Of a stretch of 64,000 nt of DNA, positions 11,453-24,460 are shown in pieces. The stretch's first letter is position 1. Every line of letters begins with the position of its first letter. This DNA is from Octopus sinensis. Taxonomy: Eukaryota. The notes below the pieces were generated by a model, which searched no databases, was not told the origin of the DNA, and saw only the letters and a program-made list of their open reading frames with translations. Location of the stretch: the NCBI RefSeq assembly GCF_006345805.1, contig NC_043013.1, forward strand, positions 55,180,001 to 55,244,000, in the 5' to 3' direction. A program made the translations under genes and the position numbers.

Positions 11453-12965
11453 ACATGAATTTTCCTACAACAACAACTGTGCTTTCTCTATTTCTCTCTT
11501 GCCTCCCGACTAGGAAACCTTGTGAAGAAGGTGATGGTTTCCACCTTACTGCTTCCTCAACTAGTTTCAGCAACTCTATGAAATAATAAAATGCATGTCT
11601 CTTCCAGTTTTGATTAACCATTGACCCTCCCTCAACATCATCATTATAACTCCACTACTCACCATCTTACATCAACCATTCCAAATTAACACTAGCAGAT
11701 CTTACTGCTTTGATCACATTACAGCCATGTATAGCAGCATCGGAAAAGAACAGGTGGTAAATGTGTCCAATCCCTGATTTTGGTCATGATTTCAAAGTAT
11801 TAACTTGATATAAATTCATTAGAACCATTTATGGAACAATTAATATTCAAGATTTTCCAAAAGAAAGAAGACAGACTCGCACTAAAAAAAAAAATCATAC
11901 TTTTATGATCAACGTCTAAAGAAATCAAACGAAAGCAAGGTAAACTGAAACAGACGGATCTTTTGAAGAGATATCTTGATCTGGTGACAATTGCAGAGAT
12001 AAAAGTTATAAAGAGATATAGTAAATATAATATTATATAGCTTGAGTTTCTTTGGAATTATTGTAGTTCTTCATAAAAAAAAATATGATGTTAAGTCCAT
12101 GAAGATCAAGACAGAATCTACAGATATGTCTACCCATACATATATAAAATATCATTTTACTTCAGAAAATAAAAGTCAAAAGATAAATTCATTTTGTTGC
12201 ATTGATGGATTGCAATTTAATGAGATCTTTTTCCTTATCACTGAAGCTGTCTCTAAGTTTGCCTTTTATGATCAATCAAAAAAAAGACACAATTATTAGA
12301 TGAACAAAAATAAATAAATAGATAAATAAAGTTGGAAAAAAAAAAAGATTTGTAAAGAAATAGCAGATATGTTTTAAAAGAAAATAAACATTCTATATAT
12401 AATTTGGGAAATATTTTCTTTTTTGTTTATACATGATAGAAAAAGCGAAGAATGTACTGATAATGAGAAATTGCTTGCAAACAAAGTATGGCGTGTAGTA
12501 CATAAAAGAAAGAACAAAAAAAAAAGGAAAAGAGATAGAAACGAAAAGAAGAGAGTGAGAGAAGGAGAGAGAGAGAGAGTGAGAGATGCGAAAATAAAGT
12601 GGCATTGTATCGTACATAGAGTTCTGAGGAAAGAAAAGAAAGACTATAGAACAAACTTTTTGAAAAAGTGGAGAACAATCTCTGAACTGTTACTTTAGAT
12701 CACGTAAAAATCAATAACCTGTACATTGTGCAAGATACTATTGAGTTTTTGTGATGTCTTTAAGTTGGTTGATGTCTTTAAGCTGTCCATATGAAGTGTT
12801 CAAAGAAATGCCAAGTCAGAAAATGCTGATATAATGGCAATATTTAGATAAATTTTCCCCAAAAGTGGTATATAGACAATTGTTCTTCAGCCTTCAGCTT
12901 TATCTAATGCCTCGATGGTACCTATGCATGACATCCCACAAGAGAAATCAAAACCATAAGCTTAC

Positions 12966-13028
12966 ATGGTTACATTTAAAATAAATGCATTCTCCAGTCA
13001 CAAGATATTCCAGGTTTTCAACACTAAA
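12966..13028 (-). CDS. Candidate 63-nt internal exon (FSVENLEYLVTGECIYFKCNH), product unknown
   Basis: Acceptor ttttttttttctctccag, donor CAT|gtaagc, open phase-0 frame; no homology recognised. Confidence 0.4.
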
Positions 13029-13420
13029 CTGGAGAGAAAAAAAAATTCTAAGTTGCCCTGAAATTATAGCTTTTTTTTCCTCTTTCGTTTTCTTAAATTA
13101 GTTTTGTAAACGCATTATCATTGGACAATAAATTAGTGGCATCAGTCTCAACAGACTGCAAAGAAAAAGAATCTCGTAGGATGATGGTTTGTTACACCGA
13201 TACAGAGATAAGGTTGTCTATTATCTCTCAGCTAAGATTTCACTTTGTGAGAGAATACATTTAAGCACAATATATATATATCTACATCTGTGTGTGTGTG
13301 TATATATATATACAAACATATATATTCATATATATGCGTGTGGGGGTGTATATACATGTAGTATGTGTGCAGGTTTATACGCATATAGATATATATATGT
13401 ATACACACGCACACATGGAG

Positions 13421-13456
<36 letters not shown>

Positions 13457-14521
13457 ATAAAGAAAAAGTGTGGGTGAAAGTATGTGATCTATGACAAGTT
13501 GCTAAAATGTGAATTTCACACTTACACATTATATACACACACACATACATACATATAAATATACACACACATATATATAAAAGTGTGTATACATACGAAA
13601 AGTAATGATAATAGATAACCATCCCAAAATAAATTTATATACTTTCAATTTTTGCTTGACTTTGAGTTTGTTTACTGATAAAGTGAAAGATTTCTGCTAA
13701 CTGAGTCAGTTGAAAATGTATTTAACACCTACACAAACCCTTGTGGAAGTATCATCAACTCAAAGATTCACATTCTGATGCTCTTTTATTTCAAATTTTT
13801 TAACAGAATTTCAATAATATCTTGTGAAATACTAACAAAGGAAATATTACAAAGGCTTTAGGAATCTCATCATTCTATCATTTTCTGGCAACTTTCTGTG
13901 CATTAATTCAAAGGTCCCATGATCCTGCTACAACTAGTAAACAGATCTCTCACAAATGACACCATTGTACGCGTAGTCTTTGATAGCCTCAAATTGATGA
14001 GATGATCATAGCTGGAATATTTTACTGCATCTCTCTGCTCAGTCAGAGATGACTTAGGGCCAAATAACGGCAACAGCACCCTATTGCTCCATAGAATTTT
14101 AAAATATTGAGATGTTCCACCAGTTAAAATTTAATCCCTTCACAAACTGATAAGAGACAAATCTCTTCCTGGAAAGGAGGCCAGTCTGTTTAAGGCGACA
14201 TTTCCAGAAATTGTGTTAGCAATTCCTTACAGCTAGACATACTAAAGAATGTAGAATAAAAGATTTGTCCAACAGCAAAATGTCTTTATAGCTTTTAAAT
14301 GAAAAACTAAGAAGCTGGAAGTCAAAGAATTTATCCATTCAGCTAACACCCCCACCCACCAAGAAAGAAATAATCTATAGACTTATAGAAATGAAACTGA
14401 GTTTGGGATGTTCATGCATTTCTTGAATATATTATTGACTTATGAGAAGAGAACAAGTTTATACCAATAATTTAAACTATTTTTTTCACTTTCTTATACA
14501 TTGAAATTTTAAAATAATAAT

Positions 14522-14523
<2 letters not shown>

Positions 14524-14559
<36 letters not shown>

Positions 14560-16175
14560 TTAGCGTCCGTTTTCCATGCTAGCATGGGTTGGACGCTTCT
14601 ACTGGTGTCTGTGAAGCCAGAAGGCTTCATCAGGCCCAGTCAAATCTGGCAGTGTTTCTACGGCTGGATGCCCTTCCTAACGCCAACCACTCCGTGAGTG
14701 TAGTGGGTGCTTTTTACGTGCCACCCGCACTGGTGCCAGACAGAGCTGGCAAACGGCCACGAACGGATGGTGCTTTTTATGTGCCACCGGCACGAGGGCC
14801 AGGCGAGGCTGGCAACGGACACGAAACGGAGCGGTGCTGGCAACGGTCGCGAAACGGAAAGTTCTCTTACATGCCACCGGCACTGGTAACACATCTGCAA
14901 TTTCCATTGATCGATTTCCATTGATCGATTTCGATTCTGATCCTCACTTGCCTCAATGGGTCTTCACAAGCAGAGTTTCGACATGCCACTGGCACTGGTA
15001 GCACATCCGCAATTTCCATTGATCGATTTCGATTCTGATCCTCACTTGCCTCAACACGTCTTCACAAGTAGAGTTTTGTGTCCCAAGAAGGGAAGGTATG
15101 CATACGTAGGCTGGCTCCATCCCATGTAGAAGGCCACGGGTTGTGGACTCACTTGTCCTGCCGGGTCTTCTCGCACACAGCACACTTCCAGAGGTCTCGG
15201 TCTCTAGTCATTTCCTCAGTGAGACCTAAAGTTCGAAGGTCGTGCTTCACCACCTCGTCCCAGGTTTTCCTGGGTCTGCCTCTTCCACAGGTTCCCTCAA
15301 CCGCTAGGGTGTGGCACTTTTTCACACAACTATCTTCATCCATTCTCGCCACATGACCATACCAGCGCAAACGTCTCTCTTGCACACCACAACTGATGCT
15401 TCTTAGGTCCAGCTTTTCTCTCAAGGTACTTACACTCTGCCGAGTGTGAGTACCGGCATTACACATCCATCGGAGCATACTGGCTTCATTTCTAGCGAGC
15501 TTACGCATATCCTCAGCAGTCACGGCCCATGTTTCACTGCCATGTAGCATGGCTGTTCGTACACACGCATCATACAGTCTGCCTTTCACTCTGTGCGAGA
15601 GGCCTTTTGTCACCAGCAGAGGTAAGAGCTCTCTGAACTTTGCCCAAGCTATTCTTACTCTAGCAGTTACACTTTCAGCACACCCGCCCCCGCTGCTGAC
15701 TTGGTCACCTAGGTAACGGAAACTATCAACTATTTCTAGTTTTTCTCCCTGGAAAGTGACGGAAGTTGGTCTCAGAGCATTTTCAGTGTTTATTGTTCCT
15801 GAGCATCTGCCACATACAAAAACCATCTTCCTAGTTAGCCTTCCTTTGACATTGCTGCATCTCTTATGTGTCCATAGCTTACACTTGGTGCATCTTATAG
15901 AGTTTCTACCTACACCTTTTCTACAGATCGAGCAGGGCCATCTACCTGAAGGTGTTTGTGATTTGTCTACCTTCCTACTGATTACGACTTTGGTTTTAGC
16001 TAGATTGACTCTGAGGCCCTTCGATTCTAATCCTTGTTTCCACACCTGAAACTTCTCCTCCAGTTCTGATAGCGACTCAGCAATTAGAGCAAGGTCATCA
16101 GCATAGAGGAGCTCCCAAGGGCATCCTGTCTTGAATTCCTCCGTTATTGCCTGGAGGACTAAGATAAATAGGCTG
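14524..16175 (-). mobile_element. 5'-truncated RTE-clade LINE: RT C-terminus, about 620-bp 3' UTR and (GAT)n tail
   Basis: YADD at 16094-16105, KTK, YLG, LLHGSETW and GRGRPRKTW motifs; tail (CAT)n on the plus strand at 14524-14557. Confidence 0.95.
15149..16171 (-). CDS. RTE reverse transcriptase C-terminal ORF (no native start, 5'-truncated) with in-frame PHD finger
   Basis: The open frame continues upstream of the listed ORF: LFILVLQAITEEFKTGCPWELLYADDLALIAESLSELEEKFQVWKQGLESKG...; stop at 15149. Confidence 0.9.
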   Translation of the reverse strand, partial: LFILVLQAITEEFKTGCPWELLYADDLALIAESLSELEEKFQVWKQGLESKGLRVNLAKTKVVISRKVDKSQTPSGRWPCSICRKGVGRNSIRCTKCKLWTHKRCSNVKGRLTRKMVFVCGRCSGTINTENALRPTSVTFQGEKLEIVDSFRYLGDQVSSGGGCAESVTARVRIAWAKFRELLPLLVTKGLSHRVKGRLYDACVRTAMLHGSETWAVTAEDMRKLARNEASMLRWMCNAGTHTRQSVSTLREKLDLRSISCGVQERRLRWYGHVARMDEDSCVKKCHTLAVEGTCGRGRPRKTWDEVVKHDLRTLGLTEEMTRDRDLWKCAVCEKTRQDK

Positions 16176-17583
16176 ATATAATGGTTGCTAAACTATGATG
16201 AAGCACTAATCTAATCTTAAGTATTCTGTCACTTACTCTGATTACCTCAATTACTTTATCTACCCATTTTCTAAATTTGATTATATAAAGGGAAGTAAAT
16301 TCTAAAATGAATTTTTTCCCTCATTCAGCTTCATTTATAAATCCTCACTATATTATCATCATCATCATCTTTTTACAACCATCTTTCATGCTGGTATGGG
16401 TACGGCAGGTTGACACGAGGCAACTGGTCGGAAGACTGTGTTGCGCTCTAGTTTAGCATGGTTTCTATAGCTAGATGCCCTTCATAACAGAAATCTCTTT
16501 AAGAGTGTACTGAGAGCTTTTTTTCATGGCATCAGCACTAGTGAGATTGCCATGTGGCTCACAAGACTACAATTATCTTTGACTGAGTGGGGTTACTGTA
16601 GAAAGGAAGGTAGTTTTATGCTTGGAGAGGTTAAAATAAATGTTTTGGAGTCATATTTGTTTGGCAAAGACTTGATCTGAGATCATTAACAAGAGCTAAA
16701 ATTCTTGCAGCATAAAAAACTCACCATTTAAAATACATATATACAGTTACATTCACTTTTGTTTTATTGTTTTAATGTTATTTACCATAATGTGTTGAAA
16801 ACTTTTGTTGTATATCTAAGATCTGGTTATTAATACAAATCCAGAGTAAATATTTGTATGATGATATAAATTTGTAAATTATAAGTTAAAAGCAGAAAGA
16901 GAGAAATGAAACACAAACTGATACATGTCACACAGCCAACAAAATAAGAATCATAGCTGACATCATAAGAATTTATAAACTTTCAAGAGAATGTGGAATA
17001 ATTCTTTCTGAGAATCAGATATCAAAGAACATATAAAGCTATAACTAACAGCAGGTAAATATTGGATAGAAAAAGTTGAAGATCCACAGGCTGCCTCCAA
17101 CACTTCCAACTTAAGATTTACATACCATTATGTACAGCTTTATATGTACTTCAAGATCCAATTCCAGCAAAAGAACAGATATTGCATTATATGAACACAG
17201 CCAATCATCATGCTCTTTTTAGACAGTAAAACTAGTGTTACTTTAGTATTAAACACAAATTTAGGGAGATTTCACCTTTTTCCTTCTACATTAAAAAGTA
17301 ACACACACACACAGATATATTAATGACCTGTAGTGACACCATATTTTGTTAGGGAACCATAACAAACTACAAAGTATATTAAACTTTTTTATAAGTCAAT
17401 GGGCTGTTTGGGTGCTGAAGAAGGAGCGAAAACTCCTGGAATATGGCCTATATGTCTGTTACCCATTTTTCATGTCATCATCATCATTTAACATCCATTT
17501 TCTGTGTTTCACTCTTGAATTCTTGCTTATAAATCTTTACCATTAAATATAGTTTGCCTAAGATTTGTTTAGTTATTGCATCT

Positions 17584-17624
<41 letters not shown>

Positions 17625-18039
17625 ACGCATGCGTGTTTCTGAGTTTCTGAAATAAATTGGTTGCATTTAAGAAAAAAGGAAATGTGAGCTATGTTTACAG
17701 AGGGACAAATTTTAAGGTAAAAGCAATATATAATATTTTGATATAAAGGCATTATTCTAAGTCAGCTGGTTCCTAGTTATAAAAACATTATACAATCTCT
17801 CTGGTTTCCATGATGCTAAACAGATGAGGGGAAAAAAACAACAACTTTACTTGAAAAAAGATGTTTATTGAAGGCGGGGGCAGTTGCATTGTTCAGAATT
17901 ACTTTTATCGCTATGTAAACTGAGACTTGTAAAATAAATAACACTGACATTCCCTGGACTGCAAAGAAGTACCTCATGTAATAGAGCAATTTAGGAATCA
18001 AGAACTGATTACCTATCAATAATTTCTTTTTTTTTTTTT

Positions 18040-18248
18040 ACTAAAGGCACAAGGTTTGAAATTTTAGAAGAAAGGTGTAGTCAATTACATCGACCCCAGT
18101 GCATAACTGGTACTTCTTTTACTGATCCTGAAAGGATGAAAGGCAAAGTCAACCTCAGTAAATTTTGAACTCAGAATGCAAAACCAGATGAAATGTCTCT
18201 AAGAACTTTTGTCTGAAACCTGAACCATTCTGGCAGCTCACTACCTTA
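18040..18248 (-). mobile_element. SINE S3
   Basis: ATCGACCCCAGTGCATAACTGGTACT...GAAAGGATGAAAGGCAAAGTCAACCTC...TTTGAACTCAG. Confidence 0.8.
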
Positions 18249-18256
18249 TTACCTTA

Positions 18257-18648
18257 TCTCTTTATATACAAAGCTGAAGTTGTCTGTGTGTGGCAGGTTT
18301 GGCAGCCTTCAACTAACACTATCTCATCCGAGATCCTGAGGTGCAAGTTGACCAAAATTGAGAGTATGATAGAAAAAGGCTTGCTCTTCCTTCCGTAGAA
18401 GAAAAAATTCATATTGGACCATGTTAACACCAAAAATTATTAACATCGAAAAGGTGCTTTTTTTTCTATGAAAATCCCTATTTTTTACGATTTTTTCACT
18501 GCTGTGTCGCCATTTTTCAGTATATTTCAAGCAGAAAATGTTCACTTAAAGAGAATAACAAGCTACATAATGCGAAATTTTTACTTTTAAAAAATTCCAA
18601 TTCTAAAGGGTCGAAACAAACCCAAGCAACACTGAGCGATACTGCTAG
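18257..18648 (+). mobile_element. Non-autonomous Helitron-like element
   Basis: Begins A|TCTCTTTATATAC, ends CTGCTAG|T (CTAG 18645-18648), with a decayed subterminal hairpin CCCAAGCAACACTGAGCG; inserted between A and T. Confidence 0.65.
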
Positions 18649-18679
18649 TTAATAATACAACAGTTTCACCCTTGATCTA

Positions 18680-19045
18680 TTTAATTCTTTTATTCTTTTA
18701 CTTGTTTCAGGTATTTGACACTGTTGCCATGCTGGAGCACCACCTTCAAGGGTTTTAGTCAAACAAATTGACCTCAGGACTAATTTTGTTGAAGCCTAGT
18801 AATTATGTCATCGATCTTGTTTGCAGAACTGCAAAGTTATGGGAACAAACACACCAGCACCAGTTGTCAAGCAGTGATGGACAAGCGCACACACACACAC
18901 ACAATCGGCTTCTTCCAGTTTCTGTCTACCAGATCCACTCACAAGGCTTTGGTTGGCCTGAGGCTATAGTAGAAGACACTTGTCACGCAGGTGCCACGCA
19001 GTGAGACTGAACCTGGAACCATGTGGTTGGGAAGCAATCTTCTTA
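18680..19045 (-). mobile_element. SINE S1
   Basis: Reverse-complement tail, core and B-box. Confidence 0.8.
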
Positions 19046-19278
19046 TTTCTTTATTGCCCACAAGGGGCTAAACATAGAGGGGACGAACAAGGGAAGACAA
19101 AAGGATTAAATTGATTACATCGACCCCAGTGCATAACTGGTACTTGATTTATCGACCCCGAAAGGATGAAAGGCAAAGTCGACCTCAGCGAAATTTGAAC
19201 TCACAACGTAACGGCAGGCAAAATACTGCTAAGCATTCCACCCGGCACACTAACGTTTCTGCCAGCTCACCGCCTCCT
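19046..19278 (-). mobile_element. SINE S3, long-tail variant
   Basis: Matches 36640-36875. Confidence 0.8.
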
Positions 19279-20730
19279 TCCTACCACACAACCGTGTCTG
19301 TGCCTTTTTGTCTATTTTTATTATTCTTTTATGTTTATTGAATAAAAGTTTGAGATTAGCGTTTCTTTCATGTATTTTTCTGATACAAGTTTAATATGTC
19401 TGGTTTTTTTTTACTCCTTTATTACCTTCGAGGTGTTGCTGGCAAATTCTAATTGATGTTCTCACCAATTATCTTCAAGCAATATTCTAGAACTACATAT
19501 AACCCATCTCAGCTAAAAGAAGAATAAACAGGCAAATGCTTATGTCCAATTCTTAAGTACCTTATTGCCCTGTAACACTATTGCCCTGCTTTTAAGCTAA
19601 TGCTGAAAATATCACAGCCTGTTGGTAAAAATAACGGCTCCACAGTGAATGCCTAGTCTAACCCATCAATATCACTTGAAGATCTTTTAATATCACAAAA
19701 AAAAGTAACAAGGAAATAGTTTCAAAAATCAAGCGTTAGCATTGTTTGGTTTTCAACGTTTCCAACCATTTTCTTAATTTCACTGAGCCAATTTGCATTT
19801 ACTTTAAGAACCTGGATTTATTGTCAAATCAAATTTGATCATGGACAGAAAGTTTAGCAGGATAGATAAAATTTCAACTCTTTTGATACCAACAATCTAT
19901 CAATGATCTTTTTACTATATTCTTTCTTATGGTCCTCTTCCAAAATGTATGATATTCACAATGATAACAAACTTTTTAAAAAATACTACTATTCTCCTTC
20001 AGACAGAATTTAACTGGAAATGTTAGGGTCTTCTTTTCTGACCATAAACACTTATCCAAGCATCTGAAATTCACACACCCTTTCTCATTCTTTATATATA
20101 TAGAACATGGGGGTTTTAGTTCACTGGTGATCTATATGAATAGGTACACTGGGTAGGTACTGTAATGGATTATCAAGGTTCTAAGCTCATAACTGAGACG
20201 GGAACTATGAATCCCTTTTAGGTTTCCGATTTAGCAGATATATATTTGTGAAAGAGGACTCGAGATGCTTGTGATACCTCGGCATTTGTTGTTCTCTTTC
20301 ACAAACATATATATATACATATATATACATACATATATTTACCAGAGTAAGCGCATAAATGCGAAATAAGGTGGAAAAATAGCACTCAAATACCAGAGGT
20401 AGAGTAAAATGCTTTATTAAAAAGCAGCATGGTATTTTTGCTGTTTTTTAATACAATATATATATATATTTCTTTATATTAAAAATTTTTATGTATTGAT
20501 TAAGTCTTTCCTTGTTTGTTTTGCAAAATAGTGGTTTTGTCTCGAATTAATATTATATAATATCTTACTATAAAATTGGATTTAATCCTAAATCTGATTT
20601 TTTCCCTGTAAATTTGGATTTATTCCCTAATATTTATTATTATATATATATATATATTATATATATACACATATATACACATAGACATGTTTGTAGTGTG
20701 TGAATACCTGTATTTGGGTACGTATGTGCG

Positions 20731-20778
<48 letters not shown>

Positions 20779-21299
20779 CTTTCCTGAGTGGGAATATACT
20801 TTTTCCATACACACACATACACTACACATGATACACATACACTCACACATACACCCACACACACACTTATATACATTTTGGAGTGCATGTTAGAGAGAGA
20901 GTGAGTGCTAATTATTTACAGAGATTATGTATAGATTGTTGTTCACCGAATGTTTTTTGCTCCATTTGCTGATGGCAGTTGTTTGTATTTTTAATTAAAT
21001 ATCTGATAATATATTTTAAGCTTTATAATGAATTTGTGGAAGTTATAAAAAACATTATTAGAGCTCAAGGATCAGTTTAATAATCTCGTTTATTAAGCAT
21101 TTTTTCCTTTATTCTAATGCAGAATCTTATAGCATTTGAAGTATAATTTTGTGGAAATGAAAAATTTAATTTCTAAACTTCATAAATACAATGAAAATGA
21201 GTTTCAGCTGAAGAAAAGTTTACAATATATATTTATTTCTAGTTAGAGAGGGATGTCTCTAGTGTTGATATGCTTTCATAGAAGAGATCTTTTTGTTAA

Positions 21300-21800
21300 C
21301 TTACCAATTTGGAAATCATTTCATATGCAATTAGATATCATTCATGTATTTGTTTTTGTTTCTTTTAATATCAATTTATTAACTTGTATTCATTTAGTTA
21401 TGCCTTGCTTATTTACTCAAGAAATCTTCCTGAAGCTCTTCAGTTTCATAGATGTTTTAATAAGAGGAGGATTCTTTATGATGTTTTCAATTTATATGAA
21501 TCATAACGTAACTTTCATTATTTGTTATTATCTTATGTAATAATATCAATTTCTTTTATAGAATTTTGGAGGTAGTGTCTGATTTGCAGTTAATATGCTT
21601 TTTCATATTTTCTGCTAGAGAAAATCTCTTTCTGATGACTATAATTTCAAGGAGACTGAGCAAGCTAGAGGAGAAAATTATCAAAACTGCAAAGTTTATA
21701 TCACATTTTTCCATTATTTAAGAAGCAATATTAAACTTCAAGTCTGATTCTGCTCTTACTAAACGTTTTTATTTATCTTACATACGGTACTAGATGCAGC
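21300..21800 (-). mobile_element. Possible decayed Penelope-like ORF N-terminal relic
   Basis: KRLVRAESDLKFNIA (21724-21768) resembles, from memory only, the N-terminal region of PLE ORFs; many stops. Confidence 0.3.
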
Positions 21801-22597
21801 TATTTACGGTTTCTGGGTTCAATTTCACAGTACGACATCTTAACAAAATGTCTTCTGCAATAGATTAAGAGTTGTCCGAAGCCTTTTGAGGGAAATTTCA
21901 TTGATGTAAACTGGGTGAAGGAATTGGATCCTGTAGCTCAGTTTAAGAGTAGCATTTGGACATTGAGTACCTTTAGTTGAGTCCAATCTGCTGCAAGCAT
22001 CCAGGTTACAGGTGGAGAGTCAGGTCTCCAGTTTGAAAATTACCTTTCTACCTTATTCCCTCCTACCAGCAGCCTTGAAGTCCCTGAGAAATGGTCATGG
22101 ATTTCTCTTTTGACTAAGCAATAAAAAAAATAAATGAAAATTTTAAGATTTTAAAACATTCCTGTAAATTTTAGTTGATAGTTGAAATTAAAATGACATC
22201 TTGGCACTACAACATTCTACCACTGACAGCAGGAAGAGAATTCTTGAGAAAACAAAAAGGAAGGCTGTGATTTTTGTCTTTCCCAAAAGTCATTACACTG
22301 TAACCAATAATACCTTATTATGAGGTTTAATCTTTTAATGTAATTAAAACAGCGGAAACATTATTATCTCTGATGACCCTGCTTACCATGAATGAATTAT
22401 GAATAAATTATATAACAATTATAATTACAAGCATCATCATTACAATAATGAGTATAATTATGAACCCTCATTAGGTTAATAACAACTCTTATTGTAACTC
22501 TTAATTACTGCTGTAAGAGAGAAAAAAGAAACGACATATTTATGTCTTTTGTGAGTGTGATAAAGCCATTTATTTATGCTCCACTGGTTGTGTAACC

Positions 22598-22827
22598 TTA
22601 TTTCTTTGGTTACCATATATCTCTTAAAATGCACTGCCACTTTTTCAATTAATTTTCAAAATAATGAAGAATTTAGTAAAATAACTTCATCGTTATTAAG
22701 CTGGTGCTTGCAACAGAAGCTGATTTGCGATTTGAATGGAAGGCTTTCATTTCGATAATTGTAAAACAGGAAATTTCTGTTGTAGAACCAAAGCCAGTCT
22801 CAGACAGGTTGGTATCAAAAGTGTTAA
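22598..22827. mobile_element. Decayed MITE with TTAA/CCCTTT-like termini (piggyBac-type)
   Basis: TTATTTCTTTGGTTACC...GGTATCAAAAGTGTTAA imperfect TIRs; a similar terminus TTAACCCTTTTGTAAC starts at 63876. Confidence 0.4.
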
Positions 22828-23607
22828 AGTGCATGAATGTCAAAGCATGCCAAAGCTGAGAGAGGAAAAAATAGTAGAAGGGAGCTCTGGGCTAATGCGA
22901 AGAGGTGAGAGTAACAGAAGAGGACAACAATCTGGTAAAAATAAATTAAAAAAAAGGGACAAGAGAAAGTAAAGTAACTGAAAGAAGAAGAAGAAGATAT
23001 AGGAAGAAGGGTGAGGATTTGTTTCATGAAGATGTTTATGAACAACAAGAGGGTGAGATGCTGTGCTGGAGAGGTAACATCTAACCCATACCAGCACCGA
23101 TATATGGACATGATGATGATGATGATGGTGGTGGTGGTTATCACTGGAAAATTCATGATAGTTTAGTTACTCCTGATGCCTCTATTTTAGTAATTTTTTT
23201 GTAACTATTTTACTTTTTCTTACATTTTTTTCTCTTTTTCTTTTTCCCTTTGTAATATTTACTTGGTATTAGTCTTGTAAGATTATGTAACAGTGCATTA
23301 TCCAGGGTAGCACTTAACTATTTTACTTTAACAATGTTGTGTATAAATAAACATACACAGAAATAAACAAAGAATTTAAAATATTTTAGCTCTCAACTGT
23401 TATAATATGAACAAAAGCAAAAAAACAAAACAAAATTAAAAAAAACAGTATGTTGTTTTAGAGTATTATCTAAATTTTGCTCTGCTATTTACATTAAATG
23501 TAAGCCAAATGATAATTTATCTGTTCTGTAGTTTTACTTCTACACACAGCCTCAGGAATTACTTGATGCATAGTGATACTGATCCAAAACAATAACATTA
23601 AACAAAC

Positions 23608-23708
23608 CTTCATAATATGGCATCGTTACAGGAATACCCAGGGCAAAATTCTGTAGATAGTCTATTGTCATTCGATTGGTCCATTTTGGCAACAAAATAT
23701 GTCTTTCT
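23608..23708 (-). CDS. Candidate 101-nt exon (ERHILLPKWTNRMTIDYLQNFALGIPVTMPYYE)
   Basis: Acceptor cctttcttcag, donor AAG|gtttgt, one open frame, protein-like composition. Confidence 0.35.
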
Positions 23709-23911
23709 CTGAAGAAAGGACGGTGTTTACATTGCCATTTTCTTTCTTGCTATCTGCCAGCAGCATTATTCCATGTTAAAAACAATGTTAATAATAATCA
23801 TAAATATATTGATAACTACAGACTTTGTTCTCTAATTGTTATCGAACTGAAATGAAACTGGACAAAGGCCAAGGCAAGAAATACCACTGCAGTAGCTGGA
23901 GGAATATAGGA

Positions 23912-24028
23912 ATCTATCTGTCAGTCTATCTATCTATCTACCTATCTGTCTATCTATCTACCTATCTGTCTATCTATCTATCTATCTGTCTATCTACCTA
24001 TCTGTCTATCTATCTATCTATCTATCTA
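23912..24028. repeat. (TATC/TGTC)n microsatellite
   Basis: Direct reading. Confidence 0.95.
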
Positions 24029-24079
24029 CACACACACACACAACAACAGAACTTTGTTTAAAAAAAATTAAATATAATA

Positions 24080-24460
24080 GGTACAGGCATGGCTGTGTGG
24101 TAAGATGTTTCTTCCCAACCACATGGTTCTGGGTTCATTTCCACTGCATGGCACTTTGGGCAAGTATCTTCTGCTGTAGCCTCAGGCCGACCAAAGCCTA
24201 GCAAATGGATTTGGTAGATGGAAACTGAAAGAAGCTTATGGTATATGTGCATGTGCGTTTGTCCCACCACTGCTTGATGACCGGTGTTGGTGTATTTACA
24301 TCCCCATGACTTGGCAGTTCAGCATAAGAGACTGATAGAGTAAAATCCAAGCTTAAAAACAAAAAAATAGATACTTGGGTCAATTCATTTGAGTAAAATT
24401 CTTCAAGATGGTGCTGTAGCATGGCCACAATCTAATGACTGAAACAAGTAAAAGAATATA
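24080..24460 (+). mobile_element. SINE S1, full length, diverged
   Basis: Head, core and tail motifs as at 2042-2452. Confidence 0.85.

Noticed and set aside
14611-14636. Minus-strand CTGATGA-AGCC(TTCT)GGCT hairpin
   Set aside because: Not followed by GAAA, and other copies of this UTR lack the core.
19426-19512. 87-nt minus-strand segment with good acceptor and donor
   Set aside because: Stops in all three frames; at best a non-coding exon.
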